Assembly: GCF_964355755.1 (NCBI RefSeq)
Contig: NC_092680.1
Location: 434,001 to 498,000, forward strand
Direction: 5' to 3'
DNA from: Antedon mediterranea
Taxonomy: Eukaryota > Animalia > Echinodermata
DNA: 64,000 nucleotides
Positions 13,201 to 42,619 of the stretch are shown here, piece after piece. The notes under the pieces were generated by a model. It did not search any database and was not told the origin of the DNA. It saw only the letters and a list, made by a program, of their open reading frames with translations. Every line of letters begins with the position of its first letter. The first letter of the stretch is position 1. A program made the position numbers and the translations under genes.

Positions 13201-16200
13201 CTATAAAGTGCTCATTTCTGTCTTTTTTCATGGATACTATTAAATCATATCAGAGGTGAAAACCTTGTCCTACTTATACAAGTAGCTGGAATAAACATGT
13301 AAATGTAAATCTTAATTTGAACTAGACAACCATGATCTAGATTCTCTTAATAGTCTGCATTCAAATCATTTCTTTTTGTAACCTTTTATACTAATGTTTT
13401 TCTGAATTAAATAGCAAATAAATTTCTTTGTAAATATTTTCTTTTTGTAACCCAAGTATAATGTTTTTCTGAATTAAATAGCAAATAAATGTTATTGTAA
13501 ACATTATGTTCATGATGTACAAATAGTAGGTTTTTAGAATATCAGAATTACTATTTGTGTATGCGAATATTTGGTTTTAAGATGTGAAACGTTGTAAGGC
13601 TATGGCGTTATAGCGTATGAAATAGCAAGGTCAAATTTAAACTGTGTTTAGACACAGAGGTTATTGTTTCAATGGCGTGCGTCATTCAGGTTTCTTTTGC
13701 ATATTTTTTTTTATCCTATTAAAAAAAATTGCTGGCCTAAAAAAATTTAGGATTTGCCAACTGTTTTTCTGAAATTTTGTGTGTTGCAAAATCTCTCTGA
13801 AAATCTTAAAATGGATCATTTCCCCCAGGTTCTTATATGAAGTAAGCATGTGTGAGAGCATGCAGAAGGCAAATCAGACCTGTAAAATCATACGCTGTAC
13901 GCCTTACGCATTCCAATTCAATCTTACGTTCTTGCGCAAAAACCTGCAAAACTTACTCTAAAGTAAATTTTGGGTTTTCCCCTTTTTGTAATAATTTTTT
14001 TACTATTTTACAAGATCGACATGATTTTTTCCCAAGCCTATCGAACAACAACATAATAAATTATGGGATTGTCTAAATTATTCTTTAATAGGCATATATT
14101 CACGACTGTGGTTAACACAAAATGAAATTGAGATGATCCCTGAATTTGACTCAGCCAATTACATCATGGACTTGTTTGTTGTAGCTGCATGCTATATAAA
14201 GCTAGGGGAACTGGTAGACGCACAGTTAGGGGGAACTGGGAGACACACACCTAGGGGGCACTGGCAGACACACAACTAAGGGGAAACGACAGACACACAG
14301 CTAGTAGCCTGTATTATAGGGGAATTTCCTGTACAAGACCACCATTATTTATAGTTATCCGCACTTTTAGTTATTCTAAAGTTCCTTGTTATCATCATCA
14401 TCTTGTTTTTGTATTCTTGCTAAAAAATGGCATGTCTTACAAAAGGTACGCACAGGCGCATTTAGAATAGCAAAATCAATTTCTAGTTAACTTTCTACTG
14501 TACAAGATTTATGACATTTTACGCGAAGATGTAAAAAAAAAACATGTTTTTTTCTCTTGAATTATTTTGTTTCCAGTATTTCCTAGTAGTAATTAAAAAA
14601 AAAAAAATTTAGATCAACATTTTGATAACCGACTGTTTCCATGGCAACGAGGGCTAAAAATTAAATGTAGATAGGCTTTTTATTGAAGTGCCTATTCATA
14701 GTAGAAATATCAATTTGAACACTTTTCATAAAAGTTTTCCTTTGTCTGTTCTCACAGTTTTTTCTGAATATGGAATTGGGATTAGGGTTTATTGTTGGTA
14801 TATTGCCGCCTTCCATCCCATCAAATAATGTAATGTTCACATGAGTATTTCTTCTATTGTTAACAATAGCTATTTTCCTTGTAACCTTAATCCCATCTAA
14901 GTAATATTTTTTATATTATTTCTATTGCATATAAGCTTCAAAAGCTACATTCTCACTTCATCCTTAATAATATTGTGCTTCCCTAATTAATCATCCACTA
15001 TTGCATGTCATTATTTAGCAATATTTTATTCTCATAAAACATCTGTTTTTTTCTCCCACAATATCTTAAAATGTTAATTACCTACAAAGTGTTTTTTTCC
15101 ATTAATATCATCGTATTATTAGTTTTTTGGAAAAACAAATAAATAACATTTGAATTGATATATACAAAGATTTTGAGAATAACAAGAATATCACATTTGC
15201 TGCTGAAACAAACACATGCAGAGAGGAAATGAATATTCTTAATCTTTAATTTGTGTGTCAACTATCAAGCAGACATATTCTAATTTGATCAAACTATATT
15301 ACTTCCTATCAATTACCTTATAATAATCAATTGAATTTGTAGTCAGAATCTGTTTATTATAAAACTAATTTTTTCCTATGACCTAATCTACTTAACAGGT
15401 AACCTAACTAGGTAACCTAGATAAGCTAATTTACTTTTTGTTTGATTTAACAGTAATAAACATTTATTTCGACTGATAAAAAGTATTACAGTATGTTTAC
15501 ATAGTATATATAGCATAGTATATATAGCATAGTATATATAGCATAGTATATATAGCCAGCAGAGTCATGTCAATAAGTATAATAGTACTTTGTCATGAGA
15601 TGACCCTATAAACAAACAAGCATACATTTTTTGTAAATAAATAATAAATAAAACACAGACAAGACAAGTACAATACAATTACAGAGAAAATGTGCAAAAA
15701 ATATCATATAAAGAAATATGATGTTTCTTAATGTTCTTACGGAAAAACAGGGGGAGAAATTCTATTTTTTATGTGGACGTCAATGTAGTTCCATAGACGT
15801 GGGCTAGAGACTGAAAGGAATGTGTGGGGAGGGAATGCAGGAGGACACTCCTAATCATGGACTACAATGATAATCACAGTTTCCTAGACAGCCAGCTTAT
15901 AAAATCTACAAACACAGAATTCTCCTAAATGATAGGAAATCTAACTTACTAAAGGAATGTACAGTAGGTTTAAGGAAATACTTGAGGATAAATGTAATTG
16001 TAAGTTCTAGTGGTCAAAGCATCTAGCCTCTGTCAGGTTAAAATAATCAGTATTTACTGATGGTATATTGATCTTTATATTGGTTGCAGCACGCATACAA
16101 ATAATTCCCATATCCTTTAAGTCTTATTTCTTACATCTGCTTTCTGTTTGGTCACGATTGGACTTTCTATTGGTTAGATAACATCTTATGGTAAGTCTAG

Positions 16201-18505
16201 AGAATGTTTACAATTTAATAATTGGGTGAGGCTTGCCCTCAAAACTTGTTGTTGATTCCATTAGAAATAGATGTAGAACTTGAGATTGAAGTACTGTAGC
16301 TTTGAAATAGTAAAATACTTGCAGTCCAAACCGAACTTTGATTTAAACTTCACAAGCAAGTTCTTAAATATACCACTTTGTGTTAAACTAAATGCAATAA
16401 AAAATAAACGATGTAATTTCCATCATTTAGTACGAAGATAGTGTAACAAGAGGCAGAGATATCAATTGTTTTACTATTAGTATAGTTAAAGTGTTAATAT
16501 ACATCTTATTTGTATGCATGTTTAGTTTAACCAATGTGGCTATGATAAAGAAGGCATTTGGGATGTTTTTACACAACTTTTTATAGAGGGCGCTTTTTTC
16601 CCCGAACCTTTTCATTTACACACTTTTTCATTTACGAACGCCTCTCTGACCAAGGTGTACATAAATAAGAAGGTCGACTTTATGTCCAAAATGGAATGCA
16701 ACTAATTACATGCGGTAATTATATTTGTGGCTAATATACATAGCTTCCGATTATTTTTTTTTTCTACTTTAAGTCGTCGGTCAATACATTTCAATTTTAA
16801 CTTTAGTTCAAGTCAGAAATCAATTATTTAAATGCTTTATTTGTTTGTCACTTCACGACCCATTTGAAAAATCGATGATTAGTAAACTGAACATTTTAGT
16901 AAAATACTGTAAAACCAAAATGTTTATTAATGTCATGCTTCGTCATAATGTTAGCATGCTGTGTGTGAATAACAACACACTAGTCACCACCAAACAAACA
17001 TTGTTTGTCACTCTTGAAATAACATATCAATCACTCATATTTGTATTCTGACTGACTTCATGAAAGATGTCCAAATAATAAAGTGTTTTGTTAGGTTCCA
17101 GGAATGACCTACATAATGCTGTTAAAATCTATACCTAGAAATGTCTATAGACCCTTTATTGACATGTCTATAGACCCTTTATTGACTAGTTATGTGTCAG
17201 TAACCATTTATTCTGTATGTAATGATATTTCACAGTAAAGTGATGGCAAATTCCCAAAGTAAATGCAATGTATACTGGGAGTAGTATCATGCTTTGATCA
17301 TGCTGAGAAAAATTGCATATGAAGTTGTTGTGTGGTGTACACTTACAAAATACACAGTGACCTTACAATACTTTGAAGAATAGTAAATGCTAGTGGGGTG
17401 ATTTTGATTGAGTGAGAAAAATATTAACTAAATAGGTCAAGCAGAGGTCATTGTTCTCCTTTGACTTCTTTGGGTTTTGAAGGAGGATTCTGCTGGGTTT
17501 AACATTTTAATATTGTTTGTTTACTACATAAAAACTATTATAATGAATGTGCTGCTATCAGCATTAATTGTCAAATATAAAATATCAGAAATCTGCTTTA
17601 AATAACATTTTACACAGAAAGAAAAAACATACAAAAATATGTCAAAATAAAGAAGTAATATATGTGAAATAAAAAAAAATTTAATTTCTGTGTAAATTCA
17701 TGGAAAGTCTGTTTTTCAGCAGCTTAGGGAAGCTCATTAATATTTATGATAAAATATTCACAAAGTTGAGTCGGCAGTAGATTCTAAACTTGCATGTTTT
17801 TTTTTATAGAAAATATAATTAATTTGGTCTACCTTGGTTATAGTTTTAGTATATAATAATTGTAAAACAAATGCTGAGATTAGAATGTCTGACAATGATA
17901 GTTTATGGTTGTGGTTACTGTTATTGTATGTGAAAGCTTCACCAAATATGCAAAGATTACAAATTCTGATATCTTAATTGTTGTTACAACACTTGCACCT
18001 TTAATTAAAACAACCACCAATGAAGGGTAAAGTCATTAAATTACCACAAATATAGACAACCTGTCCAAAATGCTGTTTTTATACCATAAAATAATGCCAT
18101 AGGATCAATTAATAGTAGTGTTTATAATAATCAGCACAGTGTCAGTAGATCAATCTAAAATCTAGGAGTGCTAATTTACTGCTGTAAATCCCACCCACCT
18201 ACCTACTTCGGTATTTCATTATATCTGTCATGAATTTTGGAGAAAAAAAAACTGTCTTGGAATCCTATCTGGGTTCGTACAATCTCGCCGCAATCAGACT
18301 GTAACCGTTTGAATTTTTCATAGATCCCGCCATTTTTTTTGTCGGAATCTGTTGGTATCCCACCCAACGGGATCCCGAAAACTTTAGAGCACACAGTTTT
18401 TGAAAACCAATCTTTACAATCAGATAATTATGAAATATTACAAGTCACCATACATGGTTGCTTTTTAAATAACAATATTATCAATTTTTTTTTTTTGTAT
18501 TTCAG

Positions 18506-34104
<15,599 letters not shown>

Positions 34105-34728
34105 TGTGTCTTTGTGAAAACCTTATTTATTTATAGTCATCACTCCTTACCTGCTTCAGCTCCTGCTTTAGCTGTATTGTTAATAGTGCACTGGTCAGAT
34201 AATATGGATTGGACATTACATTCCTTTTTGTATCATCAATTGTCATCCTACACATGTCCGCCTTGGAACAACTAACTTTACATTTTGTTTAAACCAAACC
34301 TCTCCCTACAAGTGTGTAATTGTTGATATACCTTGAACTGGTAATGAGTATTCTTAAAAATTATTCAAAATTCAGTTGGGAAATCCCAGTCTTTCTGGAA
34401 TTAATTTAAGTGTGCAAAATATGCTACAATTTGGATAATGATAATACAGGAAATGATTTGTACAGTCTCAATAAACATTATGTCGGTTATTACTCAGAAT
34501 GACTGACTTCCATGCGATGCTGTTTCATAATTATTAACAGATTATAATTGATAAGAAAGGGTTTACAAAATCACCTAAATGTTTGCACCAAAATCTATTT
34601 TCCATCTTATCACAGTGTATTTTCCTTTGTAAATTACATTAAGTGTTGCAGTCTTTTTCCATGCTATTTTCCATGCTGTAAATGTAACTGCAAAAGTATT
34701 ATTGTGATTGTAATATAGTACAACAATT

Positions 34729-34927
34729 CAGTGGCGTAACGGCTATGAGCGCTCACTGGCTAAACCCAGGGATCCGAGAGCTTATGGGGGCCCGGAGCGG
34801 GGCCAGAGGATAAAAGACATTAAAATAATGTCAAAAAGAGCTAAAAACGTCCAAGGCCTCCAGCGTTGGGGGGCCACTTAGGGTTCCTCCTAAACCAAGG
34901 GCCTCAGCCCTCTGCGTTACACCACTG
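34729..34927. mobile_element. hAT-type MITE, 199 bp
   Basis: TIRs CAGTGGCGTAACG / CGTTACACCACTG with a perfect 8-bp TSD CAACAATT (34721-34728, 34928-34935). A degenerate relative lies at about 26660-26790. Confidence 0.85.
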
Positions 34928-35342
34928 CAACAATTGAATGCTTTTATTTCACAGACACACATTATTGTTTGTTCAGATAGGCATAGTTACTTACAGTTGG
35001 ATATTTGTTTGACTATTTCCATTTAACTTCTAATTTCAGCAAATCTAAACCAAATGACTACAGCCGACACATCTTTTGAGAAACATTAATGCCGATTTTA
35101 AATATTGTCTAAAAACATTTGTATTGTATAATAAGAGCCGTGTTAAGGCATTTAGTCACCTTAATTGATGTTAATAAACTTCAGTATCATACCTCAATGT
35201 AACTTATACAAAATATCTATACTTAAATAGATTTTAATGGAACTTAATTAGTTAATGTGTTTCTGACTCTGAGGTATTAAGCCAATTACAATTGTTGGTC
35301 AAGTAGAGTTGATACAGTCAAAGGAACTATTGTACCTTGTGC

Positions 35343-35514
35343 TTTACATAGACACGTTCCCTACGTTTTTTCGATCTAATTTAAGGTCACAAAACTACAT
35401 TTTTATGTAAAATTTAATATTATATAACCCTATTACGATAATGTTTTTTGTCTATAAAGGTAAAAATGTTATTAATTTATAAAACGTAAAAAAATGTAGG
35501 GAGAGTGTCTTTAA
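35343..35514. mobile_element. Degenerate MITE (Kolobok-like termini)
   Basis: AGACACGTTCCCTACGTTTTT and AAAAATGTAGGGAGAGTGTCTTTAA form imperfect TIRs. A similar end lies at about 18806. Confidence 0.4.
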
Positions 35515-38379
35515 ACTTCTTCATTTGCTTAAGTTGCTGCAATTCAAATATGAATCTTGACTTGATTTGGATGGTAATACAATATTTGGGAATTGGAAAA
35601 TTATTTTCGCAAATTGAAAATATTTCTTGTTTCCAATAATCTCCTGTATTCAATATTTTGCTTTTGATTTCGATGAAGAAATTTATACTTAAAGTGAACG
35701 TTTGAAATGTAAGAGTTATTTACATTATTATGTAACTAACAGAAATGTGTCAATGTCCACATCAGTTATGTCCACATCAGTTGTAAAACCTTGTACAGTA
35801 AGTGTTGATGCGTGATCTTTGTTATTATTCACTTCTTTTTAACTTATACTTCTTAATTCATTTGGAATTGAATGAACCCACTCATGTGTGTAATTTATAT
35901 ACATTTTGTTTAAAAGATTCTTATTTTATGATTTTACCACCAGTATTGAGATTCTTATTTAAATAATAGTATTCATATTCATCAGTAATGATTTTGTCCA
36001 TGTAAATTAGATATAATGATTATAATATAGTATATATTTAAGGTAAATAGTATATGTTTGTGTATAGGCTTTTAATTCACAGCAATGAATGAATACATTT
36101 AATTTTTGTATTGAGAAATTTTCTTTAGTTGGCAATGACATTCAAAGGTGCTTAATGTTAAAATAGTTGTTTTTGTAACATTTCTTGCGTAATTAATAGT
36201 ATTGAATGAATTCTACCTTTAATTTTGGATTATTTAATTTTATTTCGTATCAAATTGAAAGAATACAGTTGTGTTATAATAAATGCTAATCAATTTAATT
36301 GTAAATACAAAACAAAAACATCAACATAGAATTCCATGTAAAAAATATGGACACAATGGATGTGAATATGCTGGCCATACATGTACTGTGTAGTAATATT
36401 TAAACATAATTATTGACGACGTGAAGATAAAAATGAATTACATTATGTTTTATTTATTAAAAAAAAAATTAAATTTGGAAAATTATTTTTTATCATTTAA
36501 TAACTATGTTGCTTTAATCTAAAATGTAAGTGTAATACTGTAGTAATATAACTTCATAGTTGAAAAGTAAACAAATTTATTGATGAAAATAATATATGAT
36601 TTTAGTATTTATTTTGTTTTTATTACATTTTTAATAGCGAAGAAAATTGTTTTCTGTTCAGGATTTTAAAACAGCTGTAATTGATATATTATTTATAATT
36701 GTGAATTGTTATTTTTATATTAATGTTTTATTGTACTTTATGAGGCGAGTATTCTCCAAACATTACAATGGTTTTTTCCTGCAACCATGCATTTGTACTG
36801 GTCAGATACTATTCATGTATTTATCTTTACATGTACATATTTTGATTGAAATAATTAAAAGATAATGTCAGTAGTTTTAGGTAACAATGTATTGTCACGT
36901 AAAAACAAATGTTTCGATACCCTTTGGTTACTGTTTTTCATTGACGCTATTTTTCAGATATAATGTTCTCGGCGCACGTAACTAAAGTAGTTTTTCGTAA
37001 TGCTTGCGCACTCGCAGATCGAACACCACCTTTGATTGGTTAATGTGGCAGCTAATTTGTCTTCGATACTGACAAAATATGAAGGTTTATACAAATTTAA
37101 ATATTTGTGTTTAAACAGAGAAAGGGTTTATTGGAAGTTTGTTGACAATGTTAAGCAATGCACAGTGCATTGTATTCAATTGTAATGTGTAGCTATCCAA
37201 ATTGGCAATATATGAATAGAAACAGAAGTATATGTTCTCTTTATATTGTGTTTGTATTTGTTTTTATTGTACAGCAGTATGTTTAGCATTGGAGTAAGCG
37301 GTATCCAGTGGCGTATCAAATGTTAAATCATTATGAGTTGTACATTTTAATCTGTATATTGATACAATGGCACCATCTGAGATCAGGAACGGACATGGAA
37401 ATTAGTGGCGTTTACATGGAATTATGTCTAAAAGAAGTGGATTTAAAAAATATTCTGCTAAGAACACTAACCTTGATAAACCCCGCTTGTCCCTTTAGTT
37501 ATATAGAATTAGTTTGTAGTAGGATTACTCTCCCTAGTCCGAACTTTGCTTTGGCCCTTGTGGTGCTAAGTTCAGACCAGGGTTAGGTAGTCGGATTAGG
37601 ATAAGATTATATTTTAACAGTTAATCCGTTTTGGCGGTGGATAGAGGAGATTAGAGTTAGGGTCATAGAATTTCTGTTCTACTTTTTGGTATTGTACCAC
37701 TAATATCTTCTCTCCATGTCTGTTCTCAGAAATACAGTTTATTTGATTGTTTTGGTCAATGAAGCATGACCATTGAAAAGAATAAGAATACTGTAATACT
37801 TATATTAGTTACTCTTCTTTAAAACAGACGAACACTCGTAACAAAAGGTTCGACCAGTACAAATTGTTTACAAGCTTAAATACATGTATAGATTTAAACA
37901 TTCACAATTACATGATAATGGTCAACGGTCCAACAATTCTTTAATCCAAGCAGCAATAATTTTCCAGAAAAAAAAATCATTCTGACATAATTTAGTTTTC
38001 ACATCTAAAATATGGCGAGGTCTATGGGTAATCCAGTTAAATTAACTAGCAATAGTTCTATGTGAACGCCACTAATGTGAACGCCACTAATGTGAATAAA
38101 GTCCATATCAAAAGTGGATATGGCATGTATATTCTAATAGAGATTTATAAACGTCCATAAAGTATGAGGAAATATTGAAATTCATTTTTGAGAAGTGGGT
38201 GTGATATTTAATTGTAAATTTGATTTTATCAAACGATTTATATTGATCGATTCAATGTACATTTGCTGAGCTATCCCATGTAGTTATGTGTTCATGTACA
38301 GTACATCATAGAAAACCCTCATAGTCTTTACTGACGTCACTATTACAATAAACCCATTAAAGCTCTATCTACAATATAA

Positions 38380-38460
38380 AACTAGTTTTAAAAAAGAAGT
38401 ATGTGCCCATATATGGCAGTGATATGCCTAAATATTGTAGTGATATCACATCATGTCCAT
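38380..38460. mobile_element. Degenerate Harbinger-type MITE fragment (a similar fragment lies at 54857-54930)
   Basis: AGCTCTATCTACAATATAAAACTAGTTT followed by GTGCCCATATATGG and CCTAAATATTGTAGTGATAT. Confidence 0.55.
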
Positions 38461-39059
38461 ACGCAAATTACATTTTGTCATCGTCAACATCATTGTCAAG
38501 ATATATTAAAATCGTCATTGTATATTTGAACTGTTAGCATTTATAACCAACAATGAAAATGTTACCAATGCTGTAAGCAGTTTGCAATATTTGTAATTGA
38601 CGTGAGAATAAATGATCGTAATAGTGTATTTCTACGTTGTAACCATTTAGCTCCAGTATTGATTATTTTGTTAACATTGTATATATTGTAAAATTAAATA
38701 CCTCAATGCATAGGTGTTTGCTTGGTTGCATTCAACCTTTAGTATTAGATTTTTAAACAATTTGGCTCGATAAACCTTTAGTTGCGTAAATGTGAGTTCA
38801 CTGATACGCTGCTATAATGTATTTATGACCACAATTATGTACAATGTCTATTCACATTGTGTTTTGCATTTGGTGAAAATGCCGAAGATGTGCTTTTTAT
38901 GGTTGCATTTTTGTTGTAATGTGTGTGTATAAACCTAGCTGGGTTTGATTGTCTGTGTTCGTCTCATTATGAATAAACTATCAATTTTGTTCTAAACACA
39001 AACTTGTCTTTTTTTATATTGAGTTTATATTTATGTTTTGTTAACACTGTACCACTGCT

Positions 39060-42000
39060 TTTTCGCGCCGCGGCTCTAGCCCGATACGTCCCTTTAGGAC
39101 ATTTCATCGCAATTCATTATGCAATAGTAACCATTTATGTCAAAAAATAAAAAGGTCGAAAATCGGCCAATTTTTCGCAAAGCGATTTTTTCCCAAAAAA
39201 TGACCAATTTTCGACCTTTTTATTTTTTGATAAAACTGGTTACTATAGCACAATTGACATGCGCAGAACCCATTATTCGTCTCTGCGCATGTTTATTATG
39301 CTATAGTAACCATTTATGTCAAAACTGGTTACCATAGCACAATTGACATGCGCAGAACCCATTATTAGCCTCTACGCATGTTTATTATACTATAGTAACC
39401 ATTTATGTCAAAACTGGTTAACATAGCACAATTGACATGCGCAGAACCCATTATTCGTCTCTGCGCATGTTGATTATGCAATAGTAACCATTTATGTCAA
39501 CAAATGAAAGGGTCGAAAATCGGCCATATTTCGCAAATTTCCCTGTACTATAGTACAGGGATTTTTTCCAAAAAATGGCTGATTTTCGACCTTTTTATTT
39601 TTCGGTAAAAGTGGTTACTATAGCACAATTGACATGCGCAGAACCCATTATTCGACTCTGCGTATGTTTTTTATGCAATAGTAACCATTTATGTCAACAA
39701 ATAAAAGGGTCGAAAATCGGCCATATTTCGCAAATTTCCCTGTACTATAGTACAGGGATTTTTTCCAAAAAAATTGCTAATTTTCTACCTTTTTTTTTTT
39801 CGATAAAACTGGTTACTATAGCACAATTGAAATGCGCAGAACCCATTATTCGTCTCTGCGCATGTTTATTATGCTGTAGTAACCATTTATGTCAAAACTG
39901 GTTACCATAGCACAATTGACATGCGCAGAACCCATTATTAGCCTCTACGCATGTTTATTATACTATAGTAACCATTTATGTCAAAACTGGTTAACATAGC
40001 ACAATTGACATGCGCAGAACCCATTATTCGTCTCTGCGCATGTTGATTATGCAATAGTAACCATTTATGTCAACAAATGAAAGGGTCGAAAATCGGCCAT
40101 ATTTCGCAAATTTCCCTGTACTATAGTACAGGGATTTTTTCCAAAAAATGGCTGATTTTCGACCTTTTTATTTTTCGGTAAAAGTGGTTACTATAGCACA
40201 ATTGACATGCGCAGAACCCATTATTCGACTCTGCGTATGTTTTTTATGCAATAGTAACCATTTATGTCAACAAATAAAAGGGTCGAAAATCGGCCATATT
40301 TCGCAAATTTCCCTGTACTATAGTACAGGGATTTTTTCCAAAAAAATTGCTAATTTTCTACCTTTTTTTTTTTCGATAAAACTGGTTACTATAGCACAAT
40401 TGACATGCGCAGAACCCATTATTCGACTCTGCGCATGTTTATTATACTATAGTAACCATTTATGTCAAAACTGGTTACCATAGCACAATTGACATGCGCA
40501 GAACCCATTATTCGTCTCTGCGCATGTTGATTATGCAATAGTAACCATTTATGTCAACAAATAAAAGGGTCGAAAATCGGCCATATTTCGCAAATTTCCC
40601 TGTACTATAGTACAGGGATTTTTTCCAAAAAATGGCTGATTTTCGACCTTTTTATTTTTCGGTAAAAGTGGTTACTATAGCACAATTGGCATGCGCAGAA
40701 CCCATTATTCGACTCTGCGTATGTTTTTTATGCAATAGTAACCATTTATGTCAACAAATAAAAGGGTCGAAAATCGGCCATATTTCGCAAATTTCCCTGT
40801 ACTATAGTACAGGGATTTTTTCAAAAAAATGGCTAATTTTCGACCTTTTTATTTTTCGATAAAACTGGTTACTATAGCACAATTGACATGCGCAGGACCT
40901 ATTTTTCGCTTCTGCGCATGTTTATTATACTATAGTAACCATTTTTGTCAACAAATAAAAGGGTCGAAAATCGGCCATATTTCGCAAATTTCCCTGTACT
41001 ATAGTACAGGGATTTTTTCCAAAAAATGGCTAATTTTCGACCTTTTTATTTTTCGGTAAAAGTGGTTACTATAGCACAATTGACATGCGCAGAACCCATT
41101 ATTCGTCTATGCACATGTTTATTATGCAATATGTGAAAAAATAAAAAGGTCGAAAATCGGCCATATTTTGCAAATTTCCCTGTACTATAGTACATGGATT
41201 TTTTCCAAAAAATGGCTGATTTTCGACCTTTTTATTTTTCGGTAAAAGTGGTTACTATAGCACAATTGACATGCGCAGAACCCATTATTCGACTCTGCGT
41301 ATGTTTTTTATGCAATAGTAACCATTTATGTCAACAAATAAAAGGGTCGAAAATCGGCCATATTTCGCAAATTTCCCTGTACTATAGTACAGGGATTTTT
41401 TCCCAAAAAATTGCTAATTTTCTACCTTTTTTTTTTTCGATAAAACTGGTTACTATAGCACAATTGACATGCGCAGAACCCATTATTCGACTCTGCGCAT
41501 GTTTATTATACTATAGTAACCATTTATGTCAAAACTGGTTACCATAGCACAATTGACATGCGCAGAACCCATTATTCGTCTCTGCGCATGTTGATTATGC
41601 AATAGTAATCATTTATGTCAACAAATAAAAGGGTCGAAAATCGGCCATATTTCGCAAATTTCCCTGTACTATAGTACAGGGATTTTTTCCAAAAAATGGC
41701 TGATTTTCGACCTTTTTATTTTTCGGTAAAAGTGGTTACTATAGCACAATTGACATGCGCAGAACCCATTATTCGACTCTGCGTATGTTTTTTATGCAAT
41801 AGTAACCATTTATGTCAACAAATAAAAGGGTCGAAAATCGGCCATATTTCGCAAATTTCCCTGTACTATAGTAAAGGGATTTTTTCAAAAAAATGACTAA
41901 TTTTCGACCTTTTTATTTTTCGATAAAACTGGTTACTATAGCACAATTGACATGCGCAGGACCTATTTTTCGCTTCTGCGCATGTTTATTATACTATAGT

Positions 42001-42619
42001 AACCATTTATGTCAACAAATAAAAGGGTCGAAAATCGGCCATATTTCGCAAATTTCCCTGTACTATAGTACAGGGATTTTTTCAAAAAAATGGCTAATTT
42101 TCGACCTTTTTATTTTTCGGTAAAAGTGGTTACTATAGCACAATTGACATGCGCAGAACCCATTATTCGTCTATGCGCATGTTTATTATGCAATAATAAC
42201 CATTTATGTGAACAAATAAAAAGGTCGAAAATCGGCCATATTTCGCAAATTTCCCTGTACTATAGTACAGGGATTTTTTCAAAAAAATGGCTAATTTTCT
42301 ACCTTTTTATTTTTCAATAAAACTGGTTACTATAGCACAATTGACATGCGCAGAACCCATTATTCGTCTCTGCGCATGTTTATTATGCAATAATAACCAT
42401 TTATGTCAAAAAATAAAAGGGTCGAAAATCGGCCATATTTCGAAAATTTTAAACAAAAGCCAATGAACTTTCAAAAAGTAATGTACTTTAAAACTTTTCT
42501 GTACATCAAAACAGTTCAAAAAGTAAAGTAAAAATAAAACGCATAGTGATACCGGACCGACAGACAGACCGACAGACCGACCGATATAGTGAACTATAGA
42601 GTCGCGTCCACGCGACTAA
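39060..42619 (-). mobile_element. Second HINE-family element carrying an internal palindromic satellite; left end unresolved
   Basis: 42537-42619 (AAAACGCATAGTGATACCGGAC..GACCGA.ATAGTGAACTATAGAGTCGCGTCCACGCGACTAAAA) is nearly identical to 24708-24785. The interior is a tandem array. Confidence 0.65.
39115..42450. repeat. Satellite of ~197-bp monomers plus ~89-bp deletion derivatives, with higher-order periods of 573 and 1064 bp
   Basis: The unit contains TCCCTGTACTATAGTACAGGGA and ACATGCGCAGA..TCTGCGCATGT. Repeated ORF starts at 39575/40148 differ by 573, and those at 40632/41696 and 40829/41893 differ by 1064. Confidence 0.95.

Noticed and set aside
39137-42320. Repeated 66-117-aa ORFs, and possible CRISPR-like look of the palindromic array
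   Set aside because: They are satellite translations. There are no unique spacers or cas genes, and the context is eukaryotic.
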